Source of the DNA: Candidatus Poribacteria bacterium
GTDB lineage: Bacteria > Poribacteria > WGA-4E > PCPOR2b
Direction of reading: 5' to 3'
Assembly (NCBI GenBank): GCA_965208675.1
Contig: OZ242351.1
Span: 3,808,001 to 3,872,000, forward strand
DNA length: 64,000 nucleotides
The position numbers and the translations under genes were made by a program. A model generated the notes under the pieces. It was not told the DNA's origin. It saw nothing but the letters and a program-made list of their open reading frames with translations, and made no database searches. Shown here piece after piece: positions 38,428-49,300 of this stretch (position 1 is its first letter; the number at the start of each line of letters is the position of its first letter).

Positions 38428-40089
38428 TTATTTGAAAAACAGATCGAAATGCGCAAAGCATGCCATATCGGGGCGCTGAACGCCATATGCCGCCGCTGTG
38501 ATTCCGAGTTGTAGATTCGGGTGCTCCTTATGCAAATAATCAGCGAACGCAAAAATCCAGTGATACATTCCGCCGATGGATTCTCTGCGGCTGTAATGCG
38601 CATGGTGGAATGCGCCACAGCCTTTTAAGGTACTGTCTTCGGTGCCAAGTACCGGCTGATCGAAAATAAGGACATCCGCCCGGGTTTCTTTGAGCAGCGC
38701 CTTAACAGCCTGTATCAGGTAGTTGCCGTACTCGCTTAAAATACAATAAGTCGCGGTATGGTTTTTGGGGATTTCCAATTTTGTTGCTTGCATCCTTTCA
38801 TTCAGTTGTCCCACTTCCGCTGTACTTCTACTTGCCTTTATCTGTCCTCCGTTACTTCTTCCTATTTTCTCTTGCCTATCAAATGACGACCGATTAATTT
38901 CTGGCGTTGGCTTAAGTTGCCACGCGGGTTCATTTAGAAACGCTTTGTTAATTTCAGCAAGCGGGATTCGAATCCCGAACTTTCCTCCATGGCCATGCAC
39001 ATGTTTTCCCATCTGCTTCAATCTGGGTAGACTATTGATGTTCCAGTCATAATCGACCATGATTAGATTTCCGTTAAATTTCTGTGTTGGCACGCGATAG
39101 TGAGGACTGATTTGCGCCCATGTGATTTGGGCAGGTATTTCTTTTGCCGGGAGGAGAGGTGCCGCTATAAAACCGTTAAGTTTTTCACTCACGGCGGTTT
39201 GAGCATTTCCCCGAAAGAGCATCGTCCAAACCTTGGGTGAATTGACTGTTTCTTTAGGGGGCACACGTATTTCGGCACCGTTCGCATGCGATGTTGGTTT
39301 TAGTGCGATTGATATCGTATTCTTATCTGAGTAGACATGATAGTGTTTGAGGAGGCCTGGACTTTCATTTCCCAGCACGATACCGCCATTGAAGTTACTA
39401 TTTTGGACAATTACGAACGGCTCCGTTGAACCGCCTGCCCAAGATTCCGGCTGAGCTTGTGTTAAACCGTTCCTCCAGATTTGGGGATTATCCACTCTCC
39501 CTGCGGCGAATGAAAGGGATTCAATTTCTATGTCCTCAACAAAAAACGCCGAATCCGTAAGATTCTGGATCGACAACCACTTACGAATAACCGGTGAGTT
39601 TGGTGAAATTTCATAGTGGACTTTCAGGTGAAAATCCGGAGATTCTGAAACGTGAGTGATTTGAATTGTGATCCGTCTCACTCCAAATCGTTGCTCAATC
39701 CGATGTGAATTATAGGCAAGTTCCTTACTAATTCCGGAAAAAATTGTCTCCCCAACCCGAAAGCGAAATTCCTCGTTCGGCAATTCGACGTAATTTTTAC
39801 CCGAGGGTTTGAAAGTGTAGCGGACGGTCTGGCATGAGTTCAAGTCAATCCATCGCTCCATCCAGCGGTTCCCCATGTAAAGCACATTGTTTTTGGCGTC
39901 GAAACCGGCATAATGTCCAACTGTCGTTAGAGGCTGAAGGTAGCTTCTTAGGTCAGCAGTCGAGATTGAAGTCTTTTGTGTGCTGCACGCCGGCAATCCG
40001 ATACCACTTAAGATTAGTAGAACATAGGTTAGCCGGGATTGAAGTTCTTGATTCAACTGGATATGCCTGATAAATGGTGTGGCAATCAT
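38428..40089 (-). CDS. Probable lipoprotein, divergent GH36 alpha-galactosidase-like fold
   Basis: LPAC lipobox; IRKW..I.N beta-sandwich; vH.hG.KFG and L..eHP.L barrel motifs. Confidence 0.45.
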   Translation of the reverse strand: MIATPFIRHIQLNQELQSRLTYVLLILSGIGLPACSTQKTSISTADLRSYLQPLTTVGHYAGFDAKNNVLYMGNRWMERWIDLNSCQTVRYTFKPSGKNYVELPNEEFRFRVGETIFSGISKELAYNSHRIEQRFGVRRITIQITHVSESPDFHLKVHYEISPNSPVIRKWLSIQNLTDSAFFVEDIEIESLSFAAGRVDNPQIWRNGLTQAQPESWAGGSTEPFVIVQNSNFNGGIVLGNESPGLLKHYHVYSDKNTISIALKPTSHANGAEIRVPPKETVNSPKVWTMLFRGNAQTAVSEKLNGFIAAPLLPAKEIPAQITWAQISPHYRVPTQKFNGNLIMVDYDWNINSLPRLKQMGKHVHGHGGKFGIRIPLAEINKAFLNEPAWQLKPTPEINRSSFDRQEKIGRSNGGQIKASRSTAEVGQLNERMQATKLEIPKNHTATYCILSEYGNYLIQAVKALLKETRADVLIFDQPVLGTEDSTLKGCGAFHHAHYSRRESIGGMYHWIFAFADYLHKEHPNLQLGITAAAYGVQRPDMACFAHFDLFFK

Positions 40090-40341
40090 ACACTAAGATT
40101 ATCAGAGAGGAGGTAGGGTGGCGGCATGGCAAATCATAGCACAATTTGAGGCTTTACACCAGTCACTTCAAAGAGATTTTTCTGTTTTACGGATGACGGA
40201 AATCCGTGTAGTGAATTTTTGCCGAAAAATTATTCGATTGAGAGACGGCGAATATTTTATGACTGTGTGCCGGCCAAGTTCGTGCTCAAAAATATATGTG
40301 TTTTGATGTTATGTTAGATTTTTCGTGTTTCCCTAAGTGTC

Positions 40342-40371
40342 TTGACTATCGCCGAGGGGTACGAGTATAAT
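40342..40371 (+). promoter_or_regulatory. Sigma70 promoter
   Basis: TTGACT-18bp-TATAAT. Confidence 0.55.
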
Positions 40372-40447
40372 ACGGAGAGGTTTACAACGTTAAGTGCTAT
40401 GGCCGTGACAATTCAAATTCTCAATACCTCTACATTGGGAGACAGCG

Positions 40448-41131
40448 ATGATGAAGAAAACCGTTGGTATGATTTCGGCGCTCTTATTGTTTTGCGCTGC
40501 TGCGCCGTCAAGTCGTGCGTTGATCGATGATTTCGACGATGGCAAATTTGATGGTTGGAAGGTGCAGTCAGGAATTTGGAAGGTCAAAAACGGGGAACTC
40601 AATTATAAGGGCGGAAGTGGAATTTGTGGGGCTTCATTGTATTATGAAGAAGGTTTAGAATGGACGGACTACGAGTTTGAAGTTGATATGAAGTTTACTA
40701 CTCGCAATGATTGGCCGGGTGGCATTCGTGTGCGGCTGAATCCGGATACCGGCGGGAGTTACTTTACGTGGGTATATCCTACGCAGACCGCAATTATGGT
40801 CTACATTGCAAATGCCTGGGACTGCAATAATAACAGAGGTATAGCACAAAGACGTGCTTGGGAACCGCCCGAATTGGGCGAATGGGGTCAATTGAAAATG
40901 GTGGTCGAAGGGAGAGAGATTCAGTCGTGGTGGAATGGCGAGGAGATCCTTTCCATCAAAGACAAGGCTTGGGAGAGGGGCACTATTTCTTTCACCACAT
41001 TCACTGAAGACGTATTCTTCGATAATGTCCGTGTCGCTGGACCGGGAATCCCGCTGGATCCGGGTGAAGCTGTTGAGCCAGAAGGGAAGCTGACAACCAC
41101 TTGGGGCAAGCTCAAAGCCAGTCATAGTTGA
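40448..41131 (+). CDS. Secreted DUF1080/concanavalin-like jelly-roll protein with short AVEP-GKLTTTWG tail
   Basis: Signal peptide; DDF, W.V.NGEL, WTDY.FE, FDNVRV; AVEPEGKLTTTWGKLK. Confidence 0.75.
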   Translation: MMKKTVGMISALLLFCAAAPSSRALIDDFDDGKFDGWKVQSGIWKVKNGELNYKGGSGICGASLYYEEGLEWTDYEFEVDMKFTTRNDWPGGIRVRLNPDTGGSYFTWVYPTQTAIMVYIANAWDCNNNRGIAQRRAWEPPELGEWGQLKMVVEGREIQSWWNGEEILSIKDKAWERGTISFTTFTEDVFFDNVRVAGPGIPLDPGEAVEPEGKLTTTWGKLKASHS

Positions 41132-41399
41132 ATAGCAGCGATTCAATTCCGAAGTTTCCTGACACGCTCGGAATCCCTTTTATCTAATTCACCAGCGGGC
41201 GCGTTTCTTTTGTTGGCAAGACGGCGATTTTGAACGGAGAGGTAAAGAGTCTTTCGGCGATCGGGTTTTTTTGGGCGTTTTCCGCAACCATGGACTCCCG
41301 TGTAGTGTCCTGCCGGTGAGACGTGTGCCTTCCCTTTTACGGCTTCCCGGACAGAATCCGGCCCAAAATGCCGGATGTTCAGTACAAGGAGTATCGGCC

Positions 41400-43817
41400 G
41401 TGAGAAACAAGTACCAAGACCAAGTGTTTGGATTTGCAGCGGACTGCAGTCCAGAGGATACAGGAACCGTCGAGCCCAACGCCGATATCGCCTGTAACTG
41501 GTGGCCGGACATCACAAATGTTTGGACGCCTATTGGGTGGCCTGATCATCTGTTCCGGTTCAATGTTGTCTATGACGGTGCAATCGTCGCCCATCCGATG
41601 GTGAGCCCTGTGGGCCAGTTGAAACCGCACATCAAACCGTATGCCGGTCAGGGGGTGCAACTCACCTTTATACCATCACCCTCTCCATATCTGGGATTGG
41701 GAGCGATAAATCTCTCCACACATGGATATGCAGAAACGAAGTTCCCCTATGCCGGCAGAGCGCCCCGAATCGGCAACCAGGGCTGGAACGAAACGCCAGC
41801 TCCGATTCTGTGGAGCGAATGGAGGCGTGAAGGGCTGGTGCTGCGCAAAGAAATCTTTGGCCACGTTGCCGGTGGTGGAGAGGTGCAGACAGGGATTGAA
41901 CCGCTCTTCGGTTGGATTCGCTTGTCGATTCACGATGTGGAGGATGGGTGCTCGTTTAACACATACGGTTTTCAGATTATCATCAATGCTTGCCATACCT
42001 TTTCCGGAGAAGGAGGTGGGGTGCTCCACGTTAATCCGCAACAGCTAGCTTATCCTCGAGAACTGAGGATGGAGCTGTCCGGTGATGAGGAAGAGCGAGG
42101 TATCAGGCTGGTTGAGCCCGACGGGCGAATCCGCCTGGCTGTAGCCAGTGGGCAGAATTGTAATATCCGCTTTCTACCGAAGGATGAGAGTGACGCATCC
42201 AATTTACTCTTTGTGAGCATGCCGGCGCAGAAAGGCGCACATCTGGATTTGCTCTTGCCTTTCCTGCCCGCAGATCCGATCGATTTTGCCGCTGAAATAA
42301 ACCTCGGTTACGATAGCGCCCTTGAGCAGAGCAATCGGTACTGGTCTGGCGTTCCTGCTACTGCGGCAAAAATGGCAACTCCTGAGAAGCTCGTGAACGG
42401 CGCCATTGAGCACAGTGTGAAGTTTGTGAAGCTATGTACTGAGACGAATCCCACGACCGGGGGACGTACCTTCCTCACCGGTACGCTGAACTACGAGCAG
42501 CTCTGGCCTACGTCGACATCACTCTACGTCCACATGCTGCTCGACATGATGGGTTATCACGAGTTTGTGGCAGAACATCTAGAGATTCTCAAGAAATCGC
42601 AGGGGGCACGCTTGCCGCCGGGCACCGGAAGAGCTGATGCGGAGGATGCCGTCAACTACTACGATTCCCATCCGGGTTACCTGTGCGCTCCGGAAAGTGT
42701 TGCCGTCATTGACTGGATGTCCGACCATGGAGCAATCCTCTATACGGTCTGCAATCATGGACTCCTGACCTCCGCCCAGGAATTCATCAATTGCTGGCTT
42801 CAGGCAATTCTGAAGGCATGCGACTTCATTCTTGATGCCCGTGAGATTACCGGACACGGCGGCGTGGCAGGACTCTTGCCCATGGGCGTTGACTCGGATA
42901 GTCAGCGCCAGATGCAATCTGTATGGGCGGACGGTTGGTGTTATCTGGGCCTCGCTACTGCCGTGCGCTTACTACGAAGGATTGGCCATCGCCGTACAGA
43001 GGAACTCTTTGAAGAAGCGGAGAACTACAAAGATGTCTTTGTCAAGGCGATACGCGAGCACACAGAGAGAAACCCGGTTTGGACCGACAGCACGGGTCAA
43101 GCACATCACTACGTACCGGGCGCATTTGCCGGCGCCGCGCCCCGTTTCGACGAGATGATCTATCTTGATACCGGCCCGCTTTTTGCGGTCTTTGCAGGGC
43201 TGATGGAGGCAGACGATCCGCTCATGCAGTCTACGTGCCAGTTCTTCCGTGAGCGGCAAGGGGTCGATCTGTACCGTGGATACTATACCAAGCACCCTTG
43301 CCTAATCCACGAAATCTCTTCATGCGAGCCCTGTTACAGTTGGAATATATTTCATTCGCATCAACTAAATGATCGGTACAGGTATTTGGAGGGTATGTAC
43401 AGCCTGTTTGCCGGCGGCCTATCGCGCCAGACCTATATCTCCTGCGAAATGCGCGGCGGAGTCACTGGCAACGTTTTCTCAGCGGCACCTGCGGCATATT
43501 TAGCAAGGCTGGCTGTGATTGACGATCTTCTGAAACCTGATGAGGAGTTACATCTTCTGCGATTGTGTCCTTTGGCTTGGCTGAAAGAAGGAGAGCAAAC
43601 TCGGTTCGTGAATATGCCAACGACGTTTGGCCCCCTGACGCTGGTATTCCAGCTGTTGGAGAATGGCACAAGTCTAGAGGTATCGTTCGTTCCGCGGTTC
43701 AGATATAAACCTAAGCGCGTCATTCTCCATGTTCCTCCGAAAACAGGGATTTCCAATGTCATCCTCAACGGTAAGACATTCGCAACAAGACCGGGCGAGA
43801 CGCTAAAGATTTCATGA
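41400..43817 (+). CDS. Six-hairpin (alpha/alpha)6 glycosidase-like protein
   Basis: GTG after AAGGAG; W..DHG..L, GLLP.G..SD, W.D.W.Y.GL, L.L....P..W, PT.FG. Confidence 0.6.
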   Translation: MRNKYQDQVFGFAADCSPEDTGTVEPNADIACNWWPDITNVWTPIGWPDHLFRFNVVYDGAIVAHPMVSPVGQLKPHIKPYAGQGVQLTFIPSPSPYLGLGAINLSTHGYAETKFPYAGRAPRIGNQGWNETPAPILWSEWRREGLVLRKEIFGHVAGGGEVQTGIEPLFGWIRLSIHDVEDGCSFNTYGFQIIINACHTFSGEGGGVLHVNPQQLAYPRELRMELSGDEEERGIRLVEPDGRIRLAVASGQNCNIRFLPKDESDASNLLFVSMPAQKGAHLDLLLPFLPADPIDFAAEINLGYDSALEQSNRYWSGVPATAAKMATPEKLVNGAIEHSVKFVKLCTETNPTTGGRTFLTGTLNYEQLWPTSTSLYVHMLLDMMGYHEFVAEHLEILKKSQGARLPPGTGRADAEDAVNYYDSHPGYLCAPESVAVIDWMSDHGAILYTVCNHGLLTSAQEFINCWLQAILKACDFILDAREITGHGGVAGLLPMGVDSDSQRQMQSVWADGWCYLGLATAVRLLRRIGHRRTEELFEEAENYKDVFVKAIREHTERNPVWTDSTGQAHHYVPGAFAGAAPRFDEMIYLDTGPLFAVFAGLMEADDPLMQSTCQFFRERQGVDLYRGYYTKHPCLIHEISSCEPCYSWNIFHSHQLNDRYRYLEGMYSLFAGGLSRQTYISCEMRGGVTGNVFSAAPAAYLARLAVIDDLLKPDEELHLLRLCPLAWLKEGEQTRFVNMPTTFGPLTLVFQLLENGTSLEVSFVPRFRYKPKRVILHVPPKTGISNVILNGKTFATRPGETLKIS

Positions 43818-43958
43818 AGGTCAATTGGCGTTTTGGTGTCAAGTTTGGCTCCGACTAATTCTGTGTAAAGAGAGAGCATATTCAGTCATTGCGCACGGTC
43901 GTTTGAAGCAATTGGAATAGAACAAATAGACGAAATAGGCAACACATTTATTACCCCA

Positions 43959-45386
43959 ATGTTCTACTTATCAGCCCCCCATCCATACATTCCATCTAGA
44001 CTAAATAAATTGCATTGGTTGCTGATTCCAATCCTCCTAGTAGGAATCCTTCTGCGTTTCTACCATTTAGGTACTTGGAGTTTCTGGGTTGATGAGGTGC
44101 TCACGGTACTTGATGCGAAACGAATTTCAATGGAACATTTCCGAATCAACGGGATACCTTATCTAGCTGTTAAATTCTCAATGTCGATTGCAGGTGAAAA
44201 CGAATGGGGGGCGCGTCTCATCGCTTGCATCGTGGGAATCGTTTCCATCCCGCTTGTTTTCATGATTGGAAGGTCCATATTTAACCAGCGTGTTGGGATT
44301 TTTGCTTCGGCATTCGTGGCATTGTCAAGTTGGCACATATTATGGTCGCAGAATGCCCGCCATTATATCTTCACTTTTTTTTTCGGTGCATTGGCTGCGT
44401 GGACGTTTTTTCTCGCTATGGAACGGAATCGACTCCGTTTTTTGGTCGCCTCACTCGGTGCTACCATTCTACTCATCCTGTGTCACATGCCTTCGGGGTT
44501 GATTGTACCCGCGTTTGCGGGATACGCGGTCGGCTTTTGGCGAGGCAAAATATTTCGAGAAAAACCTGCTGGCTTACGCCTTCGAAACCTAGTAATTTTC
44601 TTCCTCCCACTTGGGGCGCCCCTACTCTTACTCGCTCTTCCTAGCTTTCGTAACGCCTTATTCTCGGGTTGGGGGTTGAACGAATGGGCTCGGAGTCCGT
44701 TTTATATCCTTTTTACGGTCGTCCATGGATTAAGTGTACCGGTGGCGGTTGCAGCATTCTTCACCGCGTTAACTCGTCCCATGAATCGTGGCGTGTGGTT
44801 CCTGATTTGCTACGCAGGCATACCACTCATTCTGCTGTTAATTGCTTCACAACTGTTCAATGTTGCTGGTTACTACGTATTTTTCACCGCCCCTGCTTAC
44901 TTTCTCCTAGCGGCAATCGGGTGTGACCGAATCTGGGCGGCAAAGCATAATCCGATAATGCTCCGTTGTATCTTGCCTGGTGTGATTATCATTGCAATGC
45001 TGTCTCTGGTCTATATTTACTTCCATGTTGAGAATGGAGGACGTGCGAAATGGCGTGAGGCATTCTCAGCAATCCAGTCGGACATGCGCGCAGACGATCT
45101 TGTTGTGGCTTCGATTCCGCAGGTAGGCGAATACTATCTTCCTGAAAGGGAGACAATCGCGTTAGAGGGAGTGATGGAAGACATTGACAGGTTTGAGCAA
45201 ATGTGGAAATCGAAGGGGCAGCGGGTGTGGTTCGTGCTCGATGCGGCGACTTTGAATGTGTTGGACGCGGGCGAGCAATTTCGGAGGCGGGTACGCCGGC
45301 AATCAAGGCTAATTCGCACGCATCCGGTCTCCGCAAGAGCCAAGAATCGCACGATTAACGTATACTTAGCCGATTTTCAAAAATAA
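43959..45386 (+). CDS. GT-C membrane glycosyltransferase (PMT_2/ArnT/GT39-like)
   Basis: LRFY.LG..SFW.DE, EW..RL, WSQ.AR.Y; many TM helices. Confidence 0.85.
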   Translation: MFYLSAPHPYIPSRLNKLHWLLIPILLVGILLRFYHLGTWSFWVDEVLTVLDAKRISMEHFRINGIPYLAVKFSMSIAGENEWGARLIACIVGIVSIPLVFMIGRSIFNQRVGIFASAFVALSSWHILWSQNARHYIFTFFFGALAAWTFFLAMERNRLRFLVASLGATILLILCHMPSGLIVPAFAGYAVGFWRGKIFREKPAGLRLRNLVIFFLPLGAPLLLLALPSFRNALFSGWGLNEWARSPFYILFTVVHGLSVPVAVAAFFTALTRPMNRGVWFLICYAGIPLILLLIASQLFNVAGYYVFFTAPAYFLLAAIGCDRIWAAKHNPIMLRCILPGVIIIAMLSLVYIYFHVENGGRAKWREAFSAIQSDMRADDLVVASIPQVGEYYLPERETIALEGVMEDIDRFEQMWKSKGQRVWFVLDAATLNVLDAGEQFRRRVRRQSRLIRTHPVSARAKNRTINVYLADFQK

Positions 45387-45468
45387 ACTCCACGATTCAG
45401 TTTGTAGGCGAAGCAAGAACAGGTATTTCGGAACAACTCGGTTTTGTACTGCCGCATCACCGTGCATT

Positions 45469-46323
45469 TCAAGCACGTCTTGTTGTTTCCCGGTTTGAGA
45501 GGCGATGCAACAACGCCCGCCACCGAATTCGGAGATAAGAGGAGAAGCGAATCCAACTATAATTTTTGGAAATTCTTCCTACTTGAGGTACTTCGTCAAA
45601 AGCGCCGTTATGGCGATATAACGCATCCAGAGCTTGTTTCATGTCTGGCAAACCGTGCACAAGCGCCAAATGCCCCACAAACCGCCAATAAAACCCGAAT
45701 TTATCAGCGTCAGGGAAGCTGCCTTGACATAGAATTGGCCCCGAATCAATTCTTTCATCAATCTTGAGCAAGGTATAACCTACGTATTCAGGTTTTCCAT
45801 GTAGAAGTGCCCAGCCGACTGTGTAAAGCCCCCTATATTCGGGCGTTATCCCTTCATGTATCACAAACATACCGAACTTCGGAATGTTGAACAATTTTGG
45901 CTTAAAGATTGTGCGCGTACATGTCCCTAATATTATGTCTGGCGCGATTTCTTTAATCTTCTTCAACCAATGGCCTTTATGAATGTTATCGCAGGAGTAG
46001 CACGGTTTATCAAAGGTAGAATTCGTTCCGAACTGTTCTGTCAGTTGCGTTGTCCATAGCCGATTTTCCTCCTTCCCATACCGTAGCGTGTAAAAACCAA
46101 AAAACAACAGTTCGTCAAGCGTACGGAGTAAACCAAGGCGCCTTATTCTTTTTTTCACTTCCTTCATGCGCGCTTTGCGCGACGACCATTCCTCTTCTAT
46201 GAAGAATGCGGCACAAAACGTATAGTTTTCGTCCAGCCAATCGATAATCCCCATGTTTACGCCGGTTCTGCGCCCCACAAAGACTACCTTCATTCCCTTT
46301 GGATCGAGTTTTTTCATAATCAC
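45469..46323 (-). CDS. Formyltransferase-family protein
   Basis: PDI, IH.GITPEYRG, G.T...ID..IDSGPI..Q. Confidence 0.75.
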   Translation of the reverse strand: MIMKKLDPKGMKVVFVGRRTGVNMGIIDWLDENYTFCAAFFIEEEWSSRKARMKEVKKRIRRLGLLRTLDELLFFGFYTLRYGKEENRLWTTQLTEQFGTNSTFDKPCYSCDNIHKGHWLKKIKEIAPDIILGTCTRTIFKPKLFNIPKFGMFVIHEGITPEYRGLYTVGWALLHGKPEYVGYTLLKIDERIDSGPILCQGSFPDADKFGFYWRFVGHLALVHGLPDMKQALDALYRHNGAFDEVPQVGRISKNYSWIRFSSYLRIRWRALLHRLSNRETTRRA

Positions 46324-46385
46324 GCCTAAATCGTCACACCTACAGTTTTTACTGCCGAAAATCGGGCATTTTTTTCACTTTACCG

Positions 46386-49300
46386 TTAACGCAGGATTGC
46401 TAGTTTTCCAATTTTCTCAATCTTCCGATCGTCTGTATCAACAATCACTTTGTAAAAATATGTGCCGTTTGCAAGACGCACTCCATTTTCATCACGCACA
46501 TCCCAATGGGTTTCATTATAATGTCGTCTGGGAGATTCTTCTTCAAGTGTGCGCACAAGTCTGCCATTAACTGTATAAATTTTGATTGTCACCTGATTTG
46601 GGGGTTGTACGAGATTATAGGTGAATGCGGTATTTGTCCGCACTGGATTCGGCGCGTTCAACACGTCTGAGATTTCCACCGGTTCGTCGAGTCGGAACCG
46701 GTAAGACGGTGACGCAGCAGCATTTTCACTCTCGTCTGCAGCGAGAGCTTGAATTTGGTAATCACCGTTGACCAAATCTGGTTCAAAGGAGATTCGGGCG
46801 TAGGCTGGCTGGTTTGCATCGAATTCAAAGTCGTAACTTTCTACCGCCAATGGGATGGGCAGGCTTTCCCATTCGCCAAAAAGAAGTTGAACCGTCCCCG
46901 GGTCAATTTTGTCGTCATCGGCAATCTGTACCTCAAACTGCGGTTGTTCTCGCAAGACGACACCATCTGTTAATGCCGCGCCGTTGACCAAAATTTCAAT
47001 TGATGGGGATTCCAAATCTGGATCTTCCTCGACAAAGAACAGAAATTCACGGAGTCCGCCTTTGCCGCCAAGCTCATTTCCGTTCAGGTCATTGAACCAG
47101 ATTCTGAATAGATAGCGGCCGATGAAGAGGATAGGTTTGTAATAAATGCCAACCGTAGTCACTGGCCCTTCACTGGTAATATTGAAGTCCTTAATTTTCT
47201 TAAAGGTCTTAAAATCTTTACTCACCGCAAATACGAAGCTATCCATATCAACGCCATTCTCATCTTCCAAAAACAGTGAAATCTCAGGACGGGGCGAAAT
47301 TACGCTCTCGTGCTTGGGTATTTCGCCATTTACCCAAAGTTGAAGTCTTGGAGCAGTTTGATCGGCATTCAATATAAGGGCGACCGTAGTAAGCTCCTTA
47401 ATCTCCGCCGAGATGACTCCCACCGTCGAAGTGCTGAACTTGATTTTATCTCCATATTCATAAGGCTTATCACCTGTATTGACAAGCAATTCGATGCCTA
47501 ACTCACTGAGGATTAGCGGTCTATTGACCGCACCTCGAACGGGTGCACCGCTCGGATAACGAACCAGTTCGTTAAATCTGTTGCGAATCTCAAATTGCCT
47601 GCTGTTGCTGAAAAAGAGGAGCCAATTGCCGATCTCAAATAGATTCTCCGGACCGCCGTATACACTTACATGTGCGGTTCCATTGCCGGCATTAGCATTT
47701 CGGGGGGAAGTAAAGCGCGCTACACCTTCCACGGTCTGTGTTTCAAACGTCAGGATGTCTCCAAATTCAAAGATTTGATTTCTGCCCAAGGCGTCCGTTT
47801 TTCCACGGGGAATGTTGAACTCGATTCCGAGGATTTCATCCCTAAATGATTTATCCAAATGGCCAGTTTGGCCCAATTTTTCGATTTCACTCTTTCCATT
47901 TCTCCGCAGCAGCACCTCATATCGGTCAGCGTCGAGGAAAAAAACTACCCATTTCCCTTCAGGCGTAAGGTTAGGGTCAACACGGATATCAGATGCCCGC
48001 AACTGTTGAACACTTGCATTTTCAACTACCGGAGGTGTTACAAACCTTTCTTGAATAAAACCGCCGTCGCTATCGCGTGGAATTTCAGAGGGCAGTCTTT
48101 CCCATGCTTTAATTTTATCCTGCCAGGCGTAGATTGCGAGTCCGCTTGCCTCCCTATCCAAGAGGCGATTAAATCCGTCATCATCGGGAGCAAGGTTATA
48201 TTTTTTTTGTACGTGGTTTCCCAAGGTATTCAGGTCAAATCGCAGCTTGATTTCTGCCGGTTTGACTAGTTGGTTTGTGTCCGAGTGCAGTTCAATTTTG
48301 TAGGCTCGCGCACCGGTCTGGACATCTTGGCTCTGCGATGTCACCGCACTTGGAATCGGAAGTTGTATTAGAGTTAGATCGGACTGGAATGAGACAGGCG
48401 GCTCAACGGTATCAATTGAGAGCGTTGTTGGTTCTGATGCGCCAATTGGAAAAAAGGCGTCAAAAATCCGATCTAGGCTAAATGCAGTCAGCGTTTCATT
48501 GGCTTTCAAACTGAATTCGTTGACGACAAATGAGTTAAAACCCTTGTTGTCGAAAGATCTCGGTTCGTCGAGTTTTCCGACGATTTCATCCGTATGATCG
48601 TCATCTTCGTCCTCTGGGTCGGCAAAAACATAAACCTTGTGGAATCCTGTCGAGAGCGGTTCCTCCAAAATTAAAGTTGCAGTGACTTCTTGAAGGTCAA
48701 TCGCTCCAGGTTTCCATAGTTCTGGTCTAATTATAGTATGTCCGAAAACCTTTACGTCCGCATCAATCTCGTGGTCGTTGTTCCAATCCGGATTCCCTTC
48801 CGTAAACCAGACCTCTATATCTGTATCAACCGGTTGGCCGCCATTGTTGACAAGGTCGGCGCTCAACGTGAATGCTTTGAGTTCCTTGGAAAAACCGTAT
48901 CGAATAGCCGTGACTTTAGATGCCATAGATGCGATAGCGATGTTTGCGCCTTCGGGTACTTTAATTGATGCTCTTTCGCTTCGAATGACGTTGTTAGTGC
49001 TGTCCGTTACTACTATCTGATAACGCACCACTTTTCCTCTTTTCGGTAGAGGAATTGGGGCCTGGAGTTCGTACCACACGCCACCTGGCACAGTAGATTC
49101 CGGAGGTGTCGGATCGGGTACCATCGGAGCAGTCTGTTCTTTGAAATCGACAGTATTACTCCAGATGACCTTGACGGATTTGATGCCAGCGATTCCCTCA
49201 TTATCCACAATCTGTGCAGAGAGGTTCAGGGTTTGCGTTACTTTATCATCCATGATTTCGCGCACCTCTTGGATAATCGGCTGATACATCCAAAACTTCG

